Source: Macrostomum lignano
Taxonomy: Eukaryota
Assembly (NCBI GenBank): GCA_002269645.1
Contig: NIVC01000103.1
Location: 552,122-616,121 of the forward strand
Reading direction: 5' to 3'
DNA: 64,000 nt
Positions within the stretch are counted from its first letter, which is position 1, and each line of letters begins with the position of its first letter. A program made the translations under genes and the position numbers. The notes beneath the pieces were generated by a model. The model searched no databases. It was not told the origin of the DNA and saw nothing but the letters and a program-made list of their open reading frames with translations. Positions 38,985 through 50,635 of the stretch are shown here, in pieces.

Positions 38985-39330
38985 ATGCGGAAATCTGGGA
39001 TCAGAGATTCGGGATCATTGTCCGGGAATCTAGGATCAAAGATTCGGGATCATTGTCCGGGAATCTAGAATCAGAGATTCGGGATCATTGTCCGGGAATC
39101 TAGGATCAAAGATTCGGGATCATTGTCCGGGAATCTAGGATCAAAGATTCGGGATCATTGTCCGGGAATCTAGGATCAAAGATTCGGGATCATTGTCCGG
39201 GAATCTAGGATCAGAGATTCGGGATCATTGTCCGGGAATCTGGGATCAGAGATTCGGGATCATTGTCCGGGAATCTAGGATCAGAGATTCGGGATCATTG
39301 TCCGGGAATCTGGGATCAGAGATTCGGGAT
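38985..39330. repeat. 35-bp minisatellite (GATTCGGGATCATTGTCCGGGAATCTAGGATCAAA)
   Basis: About 10 copies directly 3' of the EPS8-like stop codon. Confidence 0.96.
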
Positions 39331-40179
39331 TTTTCGAACTGCACAGCTTTGCTTTTTGTACTTTTTGCTCAATGGCAAGCAGATGCTGGAGCTGCACAGG
39401 TTTCAACAATCTACATTCGCTAGCACAGGCAGGTGTTGCTCATTTTAATTTGTTGATCAAATTTAGCGCGAGTCACTTTAACTTTACAAGTTTTCCCAAG
39501 TTTTTAACAATATCAATTTATCAAATCACGTGCTTGTGTAATTAAAAATTTTATTTTCAACTTATTGTAAACTACTGTTAGTAGTACGCGTTCGACGTAG
39601 TTTTTGCATTGAGCATTCGAGTTTTTATATACATACATGTATATACATAAAGGCGATGAAATAACAAATAACAATAATTCCACTGTCACAAGAAACTATT
39701 GACTTCCAAATATTCGAATTCGAATTTGATCCCTGACCGTCTTCTGATTTCAGAATAAACAATGTGTATATTTGTTTATTTGTCTATAACTAATATTTAT
39801 TCATTCATTTATTTATTTATATTTCCTTTCCTCTATCCGTTAAAACATTCCCGAGGCGATCTGTTTTTTTATTTTCATTTATTTTATCCGGCGTCTTCCA
39901 CACCGCTGAAAGCTTCTCTCCACTGTATTTTTATGTTCAATTTTAACAAAAACTATATTATTTATGCATTCGTGCTGTTACTGGTAGCTGGCGAGTTCTG
40001 TTGCTTTTTTCAGCTGGGTTTCCTGGGTTTCCATGCTGTTTTGCTTGTGGTTTTACAGCAGCTAAATCCTCCTGTGACTGGCGTTGGTTGATCATTTTCT
40101 TTTTTATTTGCAAAACGGCATTTGCAGTTGTAACTATGTCGATATAGTTGATTGGCCAGTTTTTAGAATGCGTAAAGTC

Positions 40180-40800
40180 TATTCTTAGAATGTCTGTTAG
40201 CAGGTTCTTAGAATGTCGATATCCAATTCTTAGAATGTCGATAGCCTATTCTTAGAAATGGCAATAGCCTATTCTTGAATGTCGGTAGCCCATTCTTAGA
40301 ATGTCGATAGCCTATTCTTAGAATATCGGTAGCCCATTCTTAGAATGTCGATAGCCTATTCTTAGAATGTCGATAGCCTATTCTTAGAAAGTCGATATCC
40401 AATTCTTAGAATATCGGTAGCCCATTCTTAGAATGTCGATAGCCCATTCTTAGAATGTCGATAGCCCATTCTTAGAATATCGATAGCCCATTCTTAGAAT
40501 ATCGATAGCCCATTCTTAGAATGTCGATAGCCCATTCTTAGAATATCGGTAGCCCATTCTTAGAATGTCGATAGCCTATTCTTAGAAATGGCAATAGCCT
40601 ATTCTTGAATGTCGATAGCCCATTCTTAGAATGTCGATAGCCTATTCTTAGAAGTGTCGATAGCCTATTCTTAGAATATCGATAGCCCATTCTTAGAATA
40701 TCAGTAGCCCATTCTTAGAATGTCGGTAGCCCATTCTTAGAAATGTCGGTAACCAATTCTTAGAATGTCGGTACCCCATTCTTAAAAATATCGGTAGCTA
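40180..40800. repeat. 22-bp minisatellite with a TTCTTAGAA core
   Basis: TTCTTAGAATGTCGATAGCCCA units. Confidence 0.96.
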
Positions 40801-41189
40801 AAATCCTGTCGCAGGAGGATGGCTGAATATTGTAAGCTCCATAATTATTTTCAGTCTTTTTAACAAACCGGCCCTTCATAAACAATTTCATGCACTACGA
40901 GTATTCTCCTGTATTTATTACAATCCTGTTGTTATATTACGTCATGATATTGGTAATTGTTGGTTTTGCGAGGATCCCACTGTTTTTGCGCCTAATAAAC
41001 CTGTTGTTTTTTCGTTTATTTACCTTGCAGACATGATCGAACCTATTTTTGGGTGCTGGTTCTGCCTGAAATATAACCAGCTGCTGTCGGCTATGCAGCT
41101 TCCTTGCTTTTTACAGACCGTCATTTTGAAAACTTCTTCTTTTCATGGCCTTTGATCATTATTTAATACTATATATTTATAATTCTGTC

Positions 41190-41870
41190 CCTCTCTTCCC
41201 CTCCTATCTTCTCCCACCCTCTTCTATCTTATCCTCTCTAATCTTAACTTCTCCACTCTCACCCTTTCCTATCTTACCCTCTAATCTCATCGTCTCCAAG
41301 CTCACCCTTTCCTAGCTTACCCTCCAATCTCATCGTCTCCAATCTCACCCTCTCCTATCTCACCCTCTCCTATCTCACCCTCTCCTATCTCACCCTCTCC
41401 TATCTCACCCTCTCCTATCTTACCCTCTCCTATCTTACCCTCTCCTATCTCACCCTCTCCTATCTTACCCTCTCCTATCTTACCCTCTCCTATCTCACCC
41501 TCTCCTATCTTACCCTCTCCTATCTTACCCTCTCCTATCTCACCCTCTCCTTTCTTACCCTCTCCTATCTTACCCTCTCCTATCTTACCCTCTCCTATCT
41601 CACCCTCTCCTATCTTACCCTCTCCTATCTCACCCTCTCCTTTCTTACCCTCTCCTATCTTACCCTCTCCTATCTTACCCTCTCCTATCTCACCCTCTCC
41701 TATCTTACCCTCTCCTATCTTACCCTCTCCTATCTTACCCTCTCCTATCTCACCCTCTCCTATCTCACCCTCTCCTTTCTTACCCTCTCCTATCTTACCC
41801 TCTCCTATCTTACCCTCTCCTATCTCACCCTCTCCTATCTTACCCTCCCCTCTCCAACCCTCTTCTCTCC
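41190..41870. repeat. 15-bp pyrimidine-rich minisatellite (TCTCCTATCT[T/C]ACCC)
   Basis: Tandem copies. Source of the spurious GEGKI ORF. Confidence 0.96.
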
Positions 41871-42409
41871 CACCCCTCACCGACTCCTGGCAGTCTATGC
41901 GCTATCAGTTTCCTTTCGCCCCCAAGAAGTTTGCAATTGCAAAGTTCGCTCGGCTATTTTTTTCCTCTCCGAACTTTTGCGCTCGAACAAAGAATTCATC
42001 AGCTTGCTTCCCTATTGCATAGAAACACAGCTAGATAGTCAGAGAACTTTCGGCTGTGACATTCAAGACTGACCCAGCAGCTCGCTCCCTACTGGCCAAT
42101 GCGAACACGCGAAATTAAGGATTTTACTGTAGTAGGGGGTTTTGACTGGCGTACTGTACACTGCTGTGCGGCGTTATCTGTTGGGGAAGAATCTCCCCAT
42201 GCCCGACTACCTCCTGCGCGGCGTGCGGCTGAGGGATCTGGGGAGGCAGGGAGCTCTAGAAATCTAGAATCTGGAGTTGGTGACGGAGCTCTCGCGGAGC
42301 TTGGATTTCAATTCGCTGGTAAATAATTTTGTTACACAGTAGAGAAGTGCCGACAGTAGAAAATTCACTCTTGTTAAAGCAAGCTTTGCGAAGTAACTTC
42401 ATTCGCTGA

Positions 42410-43080
42410 TTTTTAGAAATCTCGATACTCGATTAGCTGATTCTTAGAAATCTCGATTGTCGATTTGCTGATTCTTAGAAATCTCGATAGTTGATTCGCC
42501 AATTCTAAGAAATCTCGATAGTTGATTCGCAAATTCTAAGAAATCTCGATAGTCGATTCGCCAATTCTAAGAAACCTCGATAGTCGATTTGCCAATTCTA
42601 AGAAATCTCGATAGTCGATTCGCCAATTCTAAGAAACCTCGATAGTCGATTTGCCGATTCTAAGAAATCTCGATAGTCGATTCGCCAACTCTAAGAAACC
42701 TCGATAGTCGATTTGCCAATTCTAAGAAACCTCGATAGTCGATTTGCCAATTCTAAGAAATCTCGATAGTCGATTCGCCAATTCTAAGAAATCTCAATTG
42801 TCGATCCGCAGTTTTTTAGAAATCTCGATAGTCGATTCGCCAATTCTAAGAAATCTCAATTGTCGATCCGCAGTTTTTTAGAAATCTCGATAGTCGATTC
42901 GCCAATTCTAAGAAACCTCGATAGTCGATTTGCCAATTCTAAGAAATCTAATTCAATTCATTGAGTCTAAGAAATCAGATTTTTAGAAATCTCGATTGTT
43001 GATTGCCTAATTCTAAGAAATACGTATCTATTCTAAGAAACGTCGATAGTCGATTCGCAGTTTCTTAGAAATCTCGATTG
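42410..43080. repeat. 31-bp minisatellite with a TTCTAAGAA core
   Basis: AATTCTAAGAAATCTCGATAGTCGATTCGCC units. Confidence 0.94.
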
Positions 43081-43399
43081 TGTGAATCGACTGTCCCAGT
43101 CCAGATACCAAGCTTTAGGCATCCGTGGCTTAGAAGGCGACGGTTATAACTAGGGGGTAGGGAAGTTTTCCTCACCCCCTCTCCCCCTTGTTTTCCTTCC
43201 CCTGCTGGCCCCCCCCCCGTCGCTTCCAAGCCCTCTCCGACGCCCAATTCCCAGAGTTCTCTCTCCCCCCCGGTCAGTTCCTTCCCTTTAAAATGATAGG
43301 CGAAAACCCGGAGTGGGGGCGAGTCTCCCATCTGCCGCCGCGTTTACAATCGTTAAAACTCAGCTTAATAATTCCCATTATCGGATTCGTTGTTAAGTC

Positions 43400-45763
43400 A
43401 TGGCTCCAGGTGAGTTATTGGCATTAGCAGGTTAATAATTAAGGCTACTGCACTGAGCGTCAATGGCTTAAATGTAACTCTCCCGTTCACGTTTGATTCC
43501 AGTTGATCAACTCAAGGACGCTAAGGTGATCTTTGTGCTGGGTGAGCCTACTTCGATTTTTTCCTCGCGTATTGTCCAAGGATTCTAATTTCATATCAGA
43601 ACTTTCTTAACATGCCACCAACATTTCAGTTGTCGCGTGTAGTTCCCTCTTAGTTCCTCTGCAGCAATGATCCTTCACTTGCTACTGACAGTACTGTACA
43701 GTGTTTCTTGTTTCATCTCCTTCCTTTAGTCATTATCTTCCACTGTGTCTAGACCTCCGCCATCGCTGTGTCCAGACTCCGAAGTCCATGAGTCCACTCA
43801 CTGAAGTCCTTGAGTCGAGACGTAAAAGCCCATGTGTCCGGACTCTAGGGTCCTTGAGACAAGACTCCGAAGTCCCTGAGCCGAGACTTCGAAGTCCCTG
43901 AGCCGAGACTCTGAAGTCCCTGAGTCGAGACTCCGAAGTCCCTGAGTCGAGACTCCAAAGTCCCTGAGTCGAGACTCCAAAGTCCCTGAGCCGAGACTCC
44001 GAAGTCCCTGAGCCGAGACTCCGAAGTCCCTGAGCCGAGACTCCAAAGTCCCCGAGTCGAGACTCCGATGTCCCTGAGTCGAGACTCCGAAGTCCCTGAG
44101 CGCCCCCAAGGGCAGAATGTCAAAGCTGCAGACCCGCCGCCTCCCTCAGGCGGTCCCGGCAGCGGCAAGGGCACCCAGTGCGAGCGAATAGTCGCCAAGT
44201 ACGGCCTGGCCCACCTGTCCTCCGGCGACCTCCTCCGCGCCGAAGTGGCCTCCGGCTCTGAGCGCGGCAACCGGCTCAAAGCTATCATGGAGAGCGGCGA
44301 GCTGGTCTCGCTGGACATTGTGCTCGAACTGATCCGGGACGCCATGCTGGCTAGGGGCGCCGCCGGAGCCAAGGGCTTCCTTATTGACGGCTATCCGCGG
44401 GAGCTGGAACAGGTGCGCGTCTCTCCCTATCCTGCCTCATTTTCCCCTCATCCTCCCTGCATCCGCTCCCTATTCTCCTCCCTGCATCCGCTCCCTATCC
44501 TCCCCTCATTCTCTCCTTCATCCGCTCTCGATGCTCCCTTAATCCGCTCCCTATCCTCCCTTCATCCGCTTCCGATCCTCCCTTCATCCGCTTCCGATCC
44601 TCCCTTCATCCGCTCCCTATCCTCCCTTCATCCGCTTCCGATCCTCCCTTCATCCGCTCCCCATCCTCCCTTCATCCGCTCCCGATCCTCCCTTCATCCG
44701 CTCCCGATCCTCCCTTCATCCGCTCCCGATCCTCCCTTCATCCACTTCCGATCCTCCCTTCATCCGCTTCCGATCCTCCCTTCATCCGCTCCCTATCCTC
44801 CCTTCATCCGCTTCCGATCCTCCCTTCATCCGCTTCCGATCCTCCCTTCATCCGCTCCCTATCCTCCCTTCATCCGCTCCTCTGCTCATCCTGCTTTCAC
44901 TCGCTGCTCAATCCCACCCGCGCAGGGTGTCCGCTTCGAGTCGGAGCTGGTGCCCTGCAAAGCTGTGCTGTTCTTCGACGTCTCCGAGGAGGCGATGCAG
45001 CAGCGGCTGTTGAAACGCGGAGAAACCAGCGGCCGAGTTGACGACAACGAGGCCACCATTAGGAAACGATTTCAAACTTTTCAACAGCTCACTAAGCCCG
45101 TGATCGAGCACTACAAGGGTCAGGGCAAGGTCATTCAGGTCAGTCTGTAATGCGCTTAGCGGCTTTTAGTTTGCAGAGAGTGACGGAGAGATGAAGGAAG
45201 AGAGGGAGTGAGGAATAGAGTGACAGAGACAGGGGAGAGAGTGACAGAAGCAGAAGGGGGGAGAGTGACAGAGACGGAGACAGTTGGGAAGAGAGTAACA
45301 GAGACAGATGCGAGGGAGTGACAGACAGATGGGATGGAGTGACAGAGACAGATGGGAGCGAGTGACAGAGACAGATGGGAGGGAGTGACAGGGACAGATG
45401 GGATGGAGTGACAGAGACAGATGGGAGGGAGTGACAGAGACAGATGGGAGGGAGTGACAGAGACAGATGGGAGGGAGTGACAGGGACAGATGGGAGGGAG
45501 TGACAGAGACAGATGGGATGGAGTGACAGACAGATGGGATGGAGTGACAGAGACAGATAGGATGGAGTGACAGACAGATGGGAGCGAGTTACAGAGGAGA
45601 TAAGTACGAGTGAAGCAGATGGTTATTCAGAGCAGCAACAGTTTAATATAATGAGTCAGCAACAACCAAGACCCAACCGAAAACTCCTCAGGTGGACGCC
45701 TCCGGCTCCGTGGACGAAGTATTCGGTCAGGTGCAAAAGCAGCTGGACGCCTTGAAGCTGTGA
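43400..45763 (+). CDS. AK1: Adenylate kinase, AK1-type, 5 exons, 198 aa
   Basis: Exons 43400-43409, 43503-43541, 44150-44412, 44926-45138 and 45692-45763 (597 nt, GT-AG). P-loop [33 protein letters not shown], short-[16 protein letters not shown]. Confidence 0.96.
43790..44100. repeat. 22-bp minisatellite in AK1 intron 2
   Basis: AAGTCCCTGAGCCGAGACTCCG units. Confidence 0.95.
44430..44880. repeat. 22-bp minisatellite in AK1 intron 3
   Basis: CCTTCATCCGCTTCCGATCCTC units. Confidence 0.95.
45175..45590. repeat. 23-bp minisatellite in AK1 intron 4
   Basis: GAGTGACAGAGACAGATGGGAGG units. Confidence 0.93.
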
Positions 45764-46204
45764 AGGAAAATCATTTTAATGACTTCAATTTTATTATTGA
45801 CTCTCTAGAAATTGGTTGAAATTTGAGCAGTATAATTTTTCGCTTCGCCCTAAAAACTACTGGTGGCTTTAGTTTTCGATTAGTTTATTGGTATCTGAAA
45901 TAGTGAAATTTGATTTATATTAATTAAAGCTCTTAGCTCAGCTCATTCAGTCCAGGTTGATCCCTTAGTTCAGCTTTTTTACCTGACAAATTTTGATTTG
46001 CTAATTAATTGCTTCACTTAAACAAATTTTCAACTTACAAATCACTTTAAGAGATGTATGTAGTTAATTTAATCTAATTGGTGTCGTAAATATATTATAT
46101 AACCACTTAGCTAAACTCGTAACTATATTTAGATACATGTACTTTGACTTTGACTCGTTTCAGTTGAATTCGATATTTTAATTTAAATAGTGTGATTTTT
46201 TGCA

Positions 46205-46650
46205 AGATAGAGGGTACAGAGAGGGTGAGGAGAGGGCAGAGAGGGTGTGGAGAGGGCAGGGAAGGTGTGAAGAGAGCAGGGAGGGTGTGGAGAAGGCAGA
46301 GATAGTTTGGAGAGGGCAGGGAGGGTGTGGAGAGGGCAGGGAGGGTTTGGAGAAGGCAGGGAGGGTTTGGAGAGGGCAGGGAGGGTGTGGAGAGGGCAGG
46401 GAGGGTGTGGAGAGGGCAGGGAGGGTGTGGAGAGGGCAGGAAGGGTTTAAGAGGGCAGGGAGGGTGTGGAGAGGGCAGTGAGGGTGTGGAGAGGGCAGGG
46501 AGGGTGTGGAGAGGGCAGGGAGGGTGTGGAGAGGGCAGGGAGGGTTTGAGAGGGCAGGGAGGGTGTGGAGAGGGCAGTGAGGGTGTGGAGAGGGCAGTGA
46601 GGGTGTGAAGAGAGCAGGGAGGGTGTGGAGAAGGCCGGGAGGGTATGGAG
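46205..46650. repeat. 20-bp G-rich minisatellite (GGAGAGGGCAGGGAGGGTGT)
   Basis: Tandem copies downstream of AK1. Confidence 0.96.
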
Positions 46651-48353
46651 AATACGCCGCCAGCTACTCCTGCATCAACACTGCCCAGTCATGAGCGGCA
46701 AGGTGCACTAAAATGTATTTAAAACTGTGGCTACCAGCAGCACTAATTGTGAAGCCCGCAGCAGCAGGAGGCCAGTTCAAAGCATCAATCCAGCCACCCA
46801 CCAGCCACCGTTTATGCAGAAATGATTCATCCTTGCGGCTTCATCTTCCGCGCATCAACATGAATTTTTAAAGCCGACCAACCAACCAACCCTCAGCCTC
46901 CTAGCGCTGCTGTTTACATGAGAGCTTTTCCACTAAACTGCTGGACTGCTTGTAGTTCATAGATTCGAAGATATCGAATGAAAGACTAATGGTAGATAAG
47001 CCGATGTTTCAAATATAATAATGTGTAAATGTTGGAAAGGCTTCAACTGTACACTTCTGTGGCTGACTGTTCCAACCAGCTGCAAACCCAACCCAGTACG
47101 CAGTCCCAGAATGACGTCAGGCAGTTTCTTCCCTCCTCTCCCCTCCTGCCCTCTCCCTCCAGAAACCCCACATACGCTCGTAACCCAGTATTTCCGCACC
47201 TAACGGCTTCCCGCTAGCGGGACCCATCCCACGCAAAAAATAGCCCGCTAACGGTACCCAGCCCACGGTGGGATGGGCTCCCTTAGCGGAAGCCAGCCCA
47301 CAAGCGGAGAGGGGTGGGTGTGGGGTGAGTGTGGACGGTAGTGCGCACTAGCGTACTAGCACTGTACTAGCAATGAAGCTAGCTGAAAACGCTGCACATC
47401 CGTGACTCATTTCTCGTATATTAATGTATGCTGGATGAAGACGGCTCTTTGTCTTTCCCAACTCTTCCAAATTTAAAAAACTCCCAGAACGCGTTTCGTT
47501 TTAGCTGCAAGGAATTGCAATCTTTCAATACTTAACGCGTTTCATTCAACTAATAGTATCCGACTTTTCAATACCTATCATTTATTAAACTATAATTGAA
47601 TCAGTTTAACCTTAAGGTTCAGAGATTTTTAATCCTAAGCTTTTTATCTTTATTTTATCCCAAAGGTAAGCAAACGTGGCCGGTTGGTCCTAAATTGCAT
47701 TGTACTCATTATATTTTCTTTTATTATGTCTAGCTTAGCTTAGAATTGCATTATGCTACGAATCTATAGTCTTTTATGCTCCTAAATTTAGTGGAAATTT
47801 GGTCAAAGAAGAATAATACAGGCACAAGAAGCGAGGCACATTTTCGTTCTGAACGTTTTTATAGCAAAATAAGGTATACCAAACGAGTTATTGATAAGTG
47901 ATAGACAGACCAATTTCCAATTTCCAATTTCCTAATTCACAAAGTGCTGTTTTTCTAATTTGTGGATGTCTGATAAAGGCATAAAATCAATCGCCTCTGT
48001 ACTTGTATTTGTCATTTAATATATACTGCATCCGTTTGTAAATATTATGCGAAAAAGACAGAGAAAATAAGTTTTGAATTTCAACACGAAGTTAAAACAA
48101 ACTAAAAATTTAAACAAAATTCAAATTGACGCGAAAATTAAAAATCTCACATTCGTTAAATTCAAAATTAAAAAATTAATTTACTCGTACGATCAAAGGA
48201 CACTGGACACTAGGTTGCTATCTACATGCGATAGCAATTCCACTTTAACTTATGGGCTTTGCCCTTATTTTGTTCACTGCATAGATTTTTGTGTAGATCT
48301 AGTCTTATCTCTCTTAAGAGTCATGTCTATGAGAGTTATATTTTAACGTTGTA

Positions 48354-48577
48354 CACCTTTTCACGTTCAATTTTGAACAAAGTCCAGTTCTAAAAAAACT
48401 AGCGGAAATTCAATTCAGACAATTTAGACTGGGGACAATTTTGTCTATGGCTAAACCTCGCTTCCGTAGCAGAATGTTTTGAACTGGGTTTTGTTGCCCC
48501 AGTCTGAATTGTCTGAATTGAATTTCCGCTAGTTTTTTTAGAACTGGACTTTGTTCAAAATTGAACGTGAAAAGGTG
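48354..48577. mobile_element. Fold-back MITE, ~85-bp TIRs, TA TSD (Tc1/mariner-type)
   Basis: TA|CACCTTTTCACGTTCAATTTTGAACAAAGTCC...GGACTTTGTTCAAAATTGAACGTGAAAAGGTG|TA, with near-perfect arms. Confidence 0.9.
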
Positions 48578-50635
48578 TACTAGTAGTTAGTTTATGGTAC
48601 TCGCGCATTAATTTTGTATAGTAGTTTTATGCGATGGAAAATATTTATTGTCTGTGTCTTTGTGGTGTTACCGTTTTTATTAACCTAAATATTGGGCTAT
48701 CTGACTAGAAATTTGTTTTTCTTTTTAATTCATACACGCGATAATTTTTCAGAAGTTTTTAACTTCAGAAATTGACGAGCAGGCGTGCATGCACGGGATT
48801 ATTTTGACTAGTAAATAAACGAAATAAATACACATATTTATTTGGCGCTTGACCTAGATGGCCACATACCAAGATGGCCGCAGCCCTAAATGTATAAATA
48901 GATAATCATTTTTTGTTGGTATTAATCTGTATTAGATATACATCATATAGATAGATCTTTCAGTCTTGAGAAATAGATGCTATAATAGAATTATTTTGAA
49001 TTAAGAACATTCCTTTTGCTTTAGCTTTTATTATAGCCTGACCTATATATATTTATCTACTAAGTAAAGCATGCAACCTAGCACAAAATACATACCTTGT
49101 TGCATTTATATCCTTTTTTGAATAGCATTACTAGTAGCAATGGTTTCTTAATAAACTAATACTAATGGTGATAGATAGATTTGACCAATGCAATGATAGG
49201 GAATAAATTGGCATAAACACAGAAAAAGATTTTATTTTTTTATTATAGGTAATTAGTTTCAAGTTGATTTTTGGAGTCTACCTGAGCCTACCATTAGTAT
49301 TAAACATATTAGTTAATATTACAATAGCTATTGAGTTGCTAATTGATGGTACAGAGGAAAAGAATAGAGAGATTCAATGCTGTGGCTATCTTGGTGTGTG
49401 ACCATCTTGGTCTTACAACATTTATTTTTGTGGTTCTTGGTGCCTATTACTTTTAGTTGAAACGTCAGCTTTAGTATTAGGAGATGGTTTCAAAGACTCC
49501 TTACTTTAGCAGTAGTTTATAGCAATGGATAAGACCAAGCTAGCGACACACTAAGACAGCCACTGGCTCACAGATAAGATTTTCTAAAATATTCAATGGA
49601 TAATCAACAATAAAGTGCTTTTTCAGTTATTATTACAGATGTTAGTACTACGAGTATATGTTTCATTGCTTTTCTTATGCAGGCCAATTTGACAGTTGAC
49701 TACTTCAGCTTTAAAATAATAATTAGAAGTAATTGATTTATAAAGGTGTAGTTTATTATGCCAAATAGGTGAAAGTTAAATGTACAAATTACAATATTAT
49801 ATTTATAATTAAAACTAAAGCAAATAAAAAATTTGCCTTCTTCAAACCAACATACCTGTCATGAGTTAAAAAAAATGAGACTAGCTTGTTTTAAATAAAA
49901 TTTAAAACTTAAGTTGAAGTTGCAGCTGTCCTGGTATGTAACTGTCTTAGTCATGTACCCTACGGAACTGTCTAAATAAATTTCAAGATTTTTATATGGT
50001 CCTACACCTCTGAATAGAAAATCAAACCCATGGCAATGCCACGATACCATACTAGAAGTAAAAAATCAGCTAAGATTTTATGCCAAGCAACACATCAATC
50101 TGTAAACTGTATCCTTTAGAGGCACCAACAGGCTCAATCAAAAGGCTTCAATAGAACATAATAGAACATTTTGTATAAAGCTGAGCTAGGCATAGGCCAG
50201 GCAATCAAACTATCTAAGATTGAAAAAAGACAATAATCATATAATTAAATTATGTCAGCAAAATTGCCTTTCGATGGCAATTTTTCAAACTACAGATTGT
50301 CATTGCAAATGTCATTAATTTTTTAAACTTCTTAAGTACCTATGGTAGGTGTGGATTTAGGTATCTGCCCCCACTGCTATAGTTTGTCAAACTTAATCTA
50401 CTCGTACTTGTCACACAAATGGTACTTTTTTATTTTTATAGCAAAATGGCAGCTTTCTGGCGCTATGTGGCACTTTTGGTTTTGGTACCAGTTTAGACCC
50501 TGCTGCTGCCCCCCCAAGCAGAAATCCTTGATCTGCAACTGACATATGCATTCAAAATAGTAGAAAGATTCCAATCAATTTCCAAGTTTAAAAAAGGATT
50601 ACATTATATTGGCGCTTCAACAATAATTTTTTTAG

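Noticed and set aside
39380-39450. Additional EPS8 3' exon
   Set aside because: No similarity to SAM/PNT and no compatible donor phase established.
8065-46650. Tandem arrays as CRISPR loci
   Set aside because: The units are directly adjacent with no unique spacers, there are no cas genes, and the context is eukaryotic and intronic.
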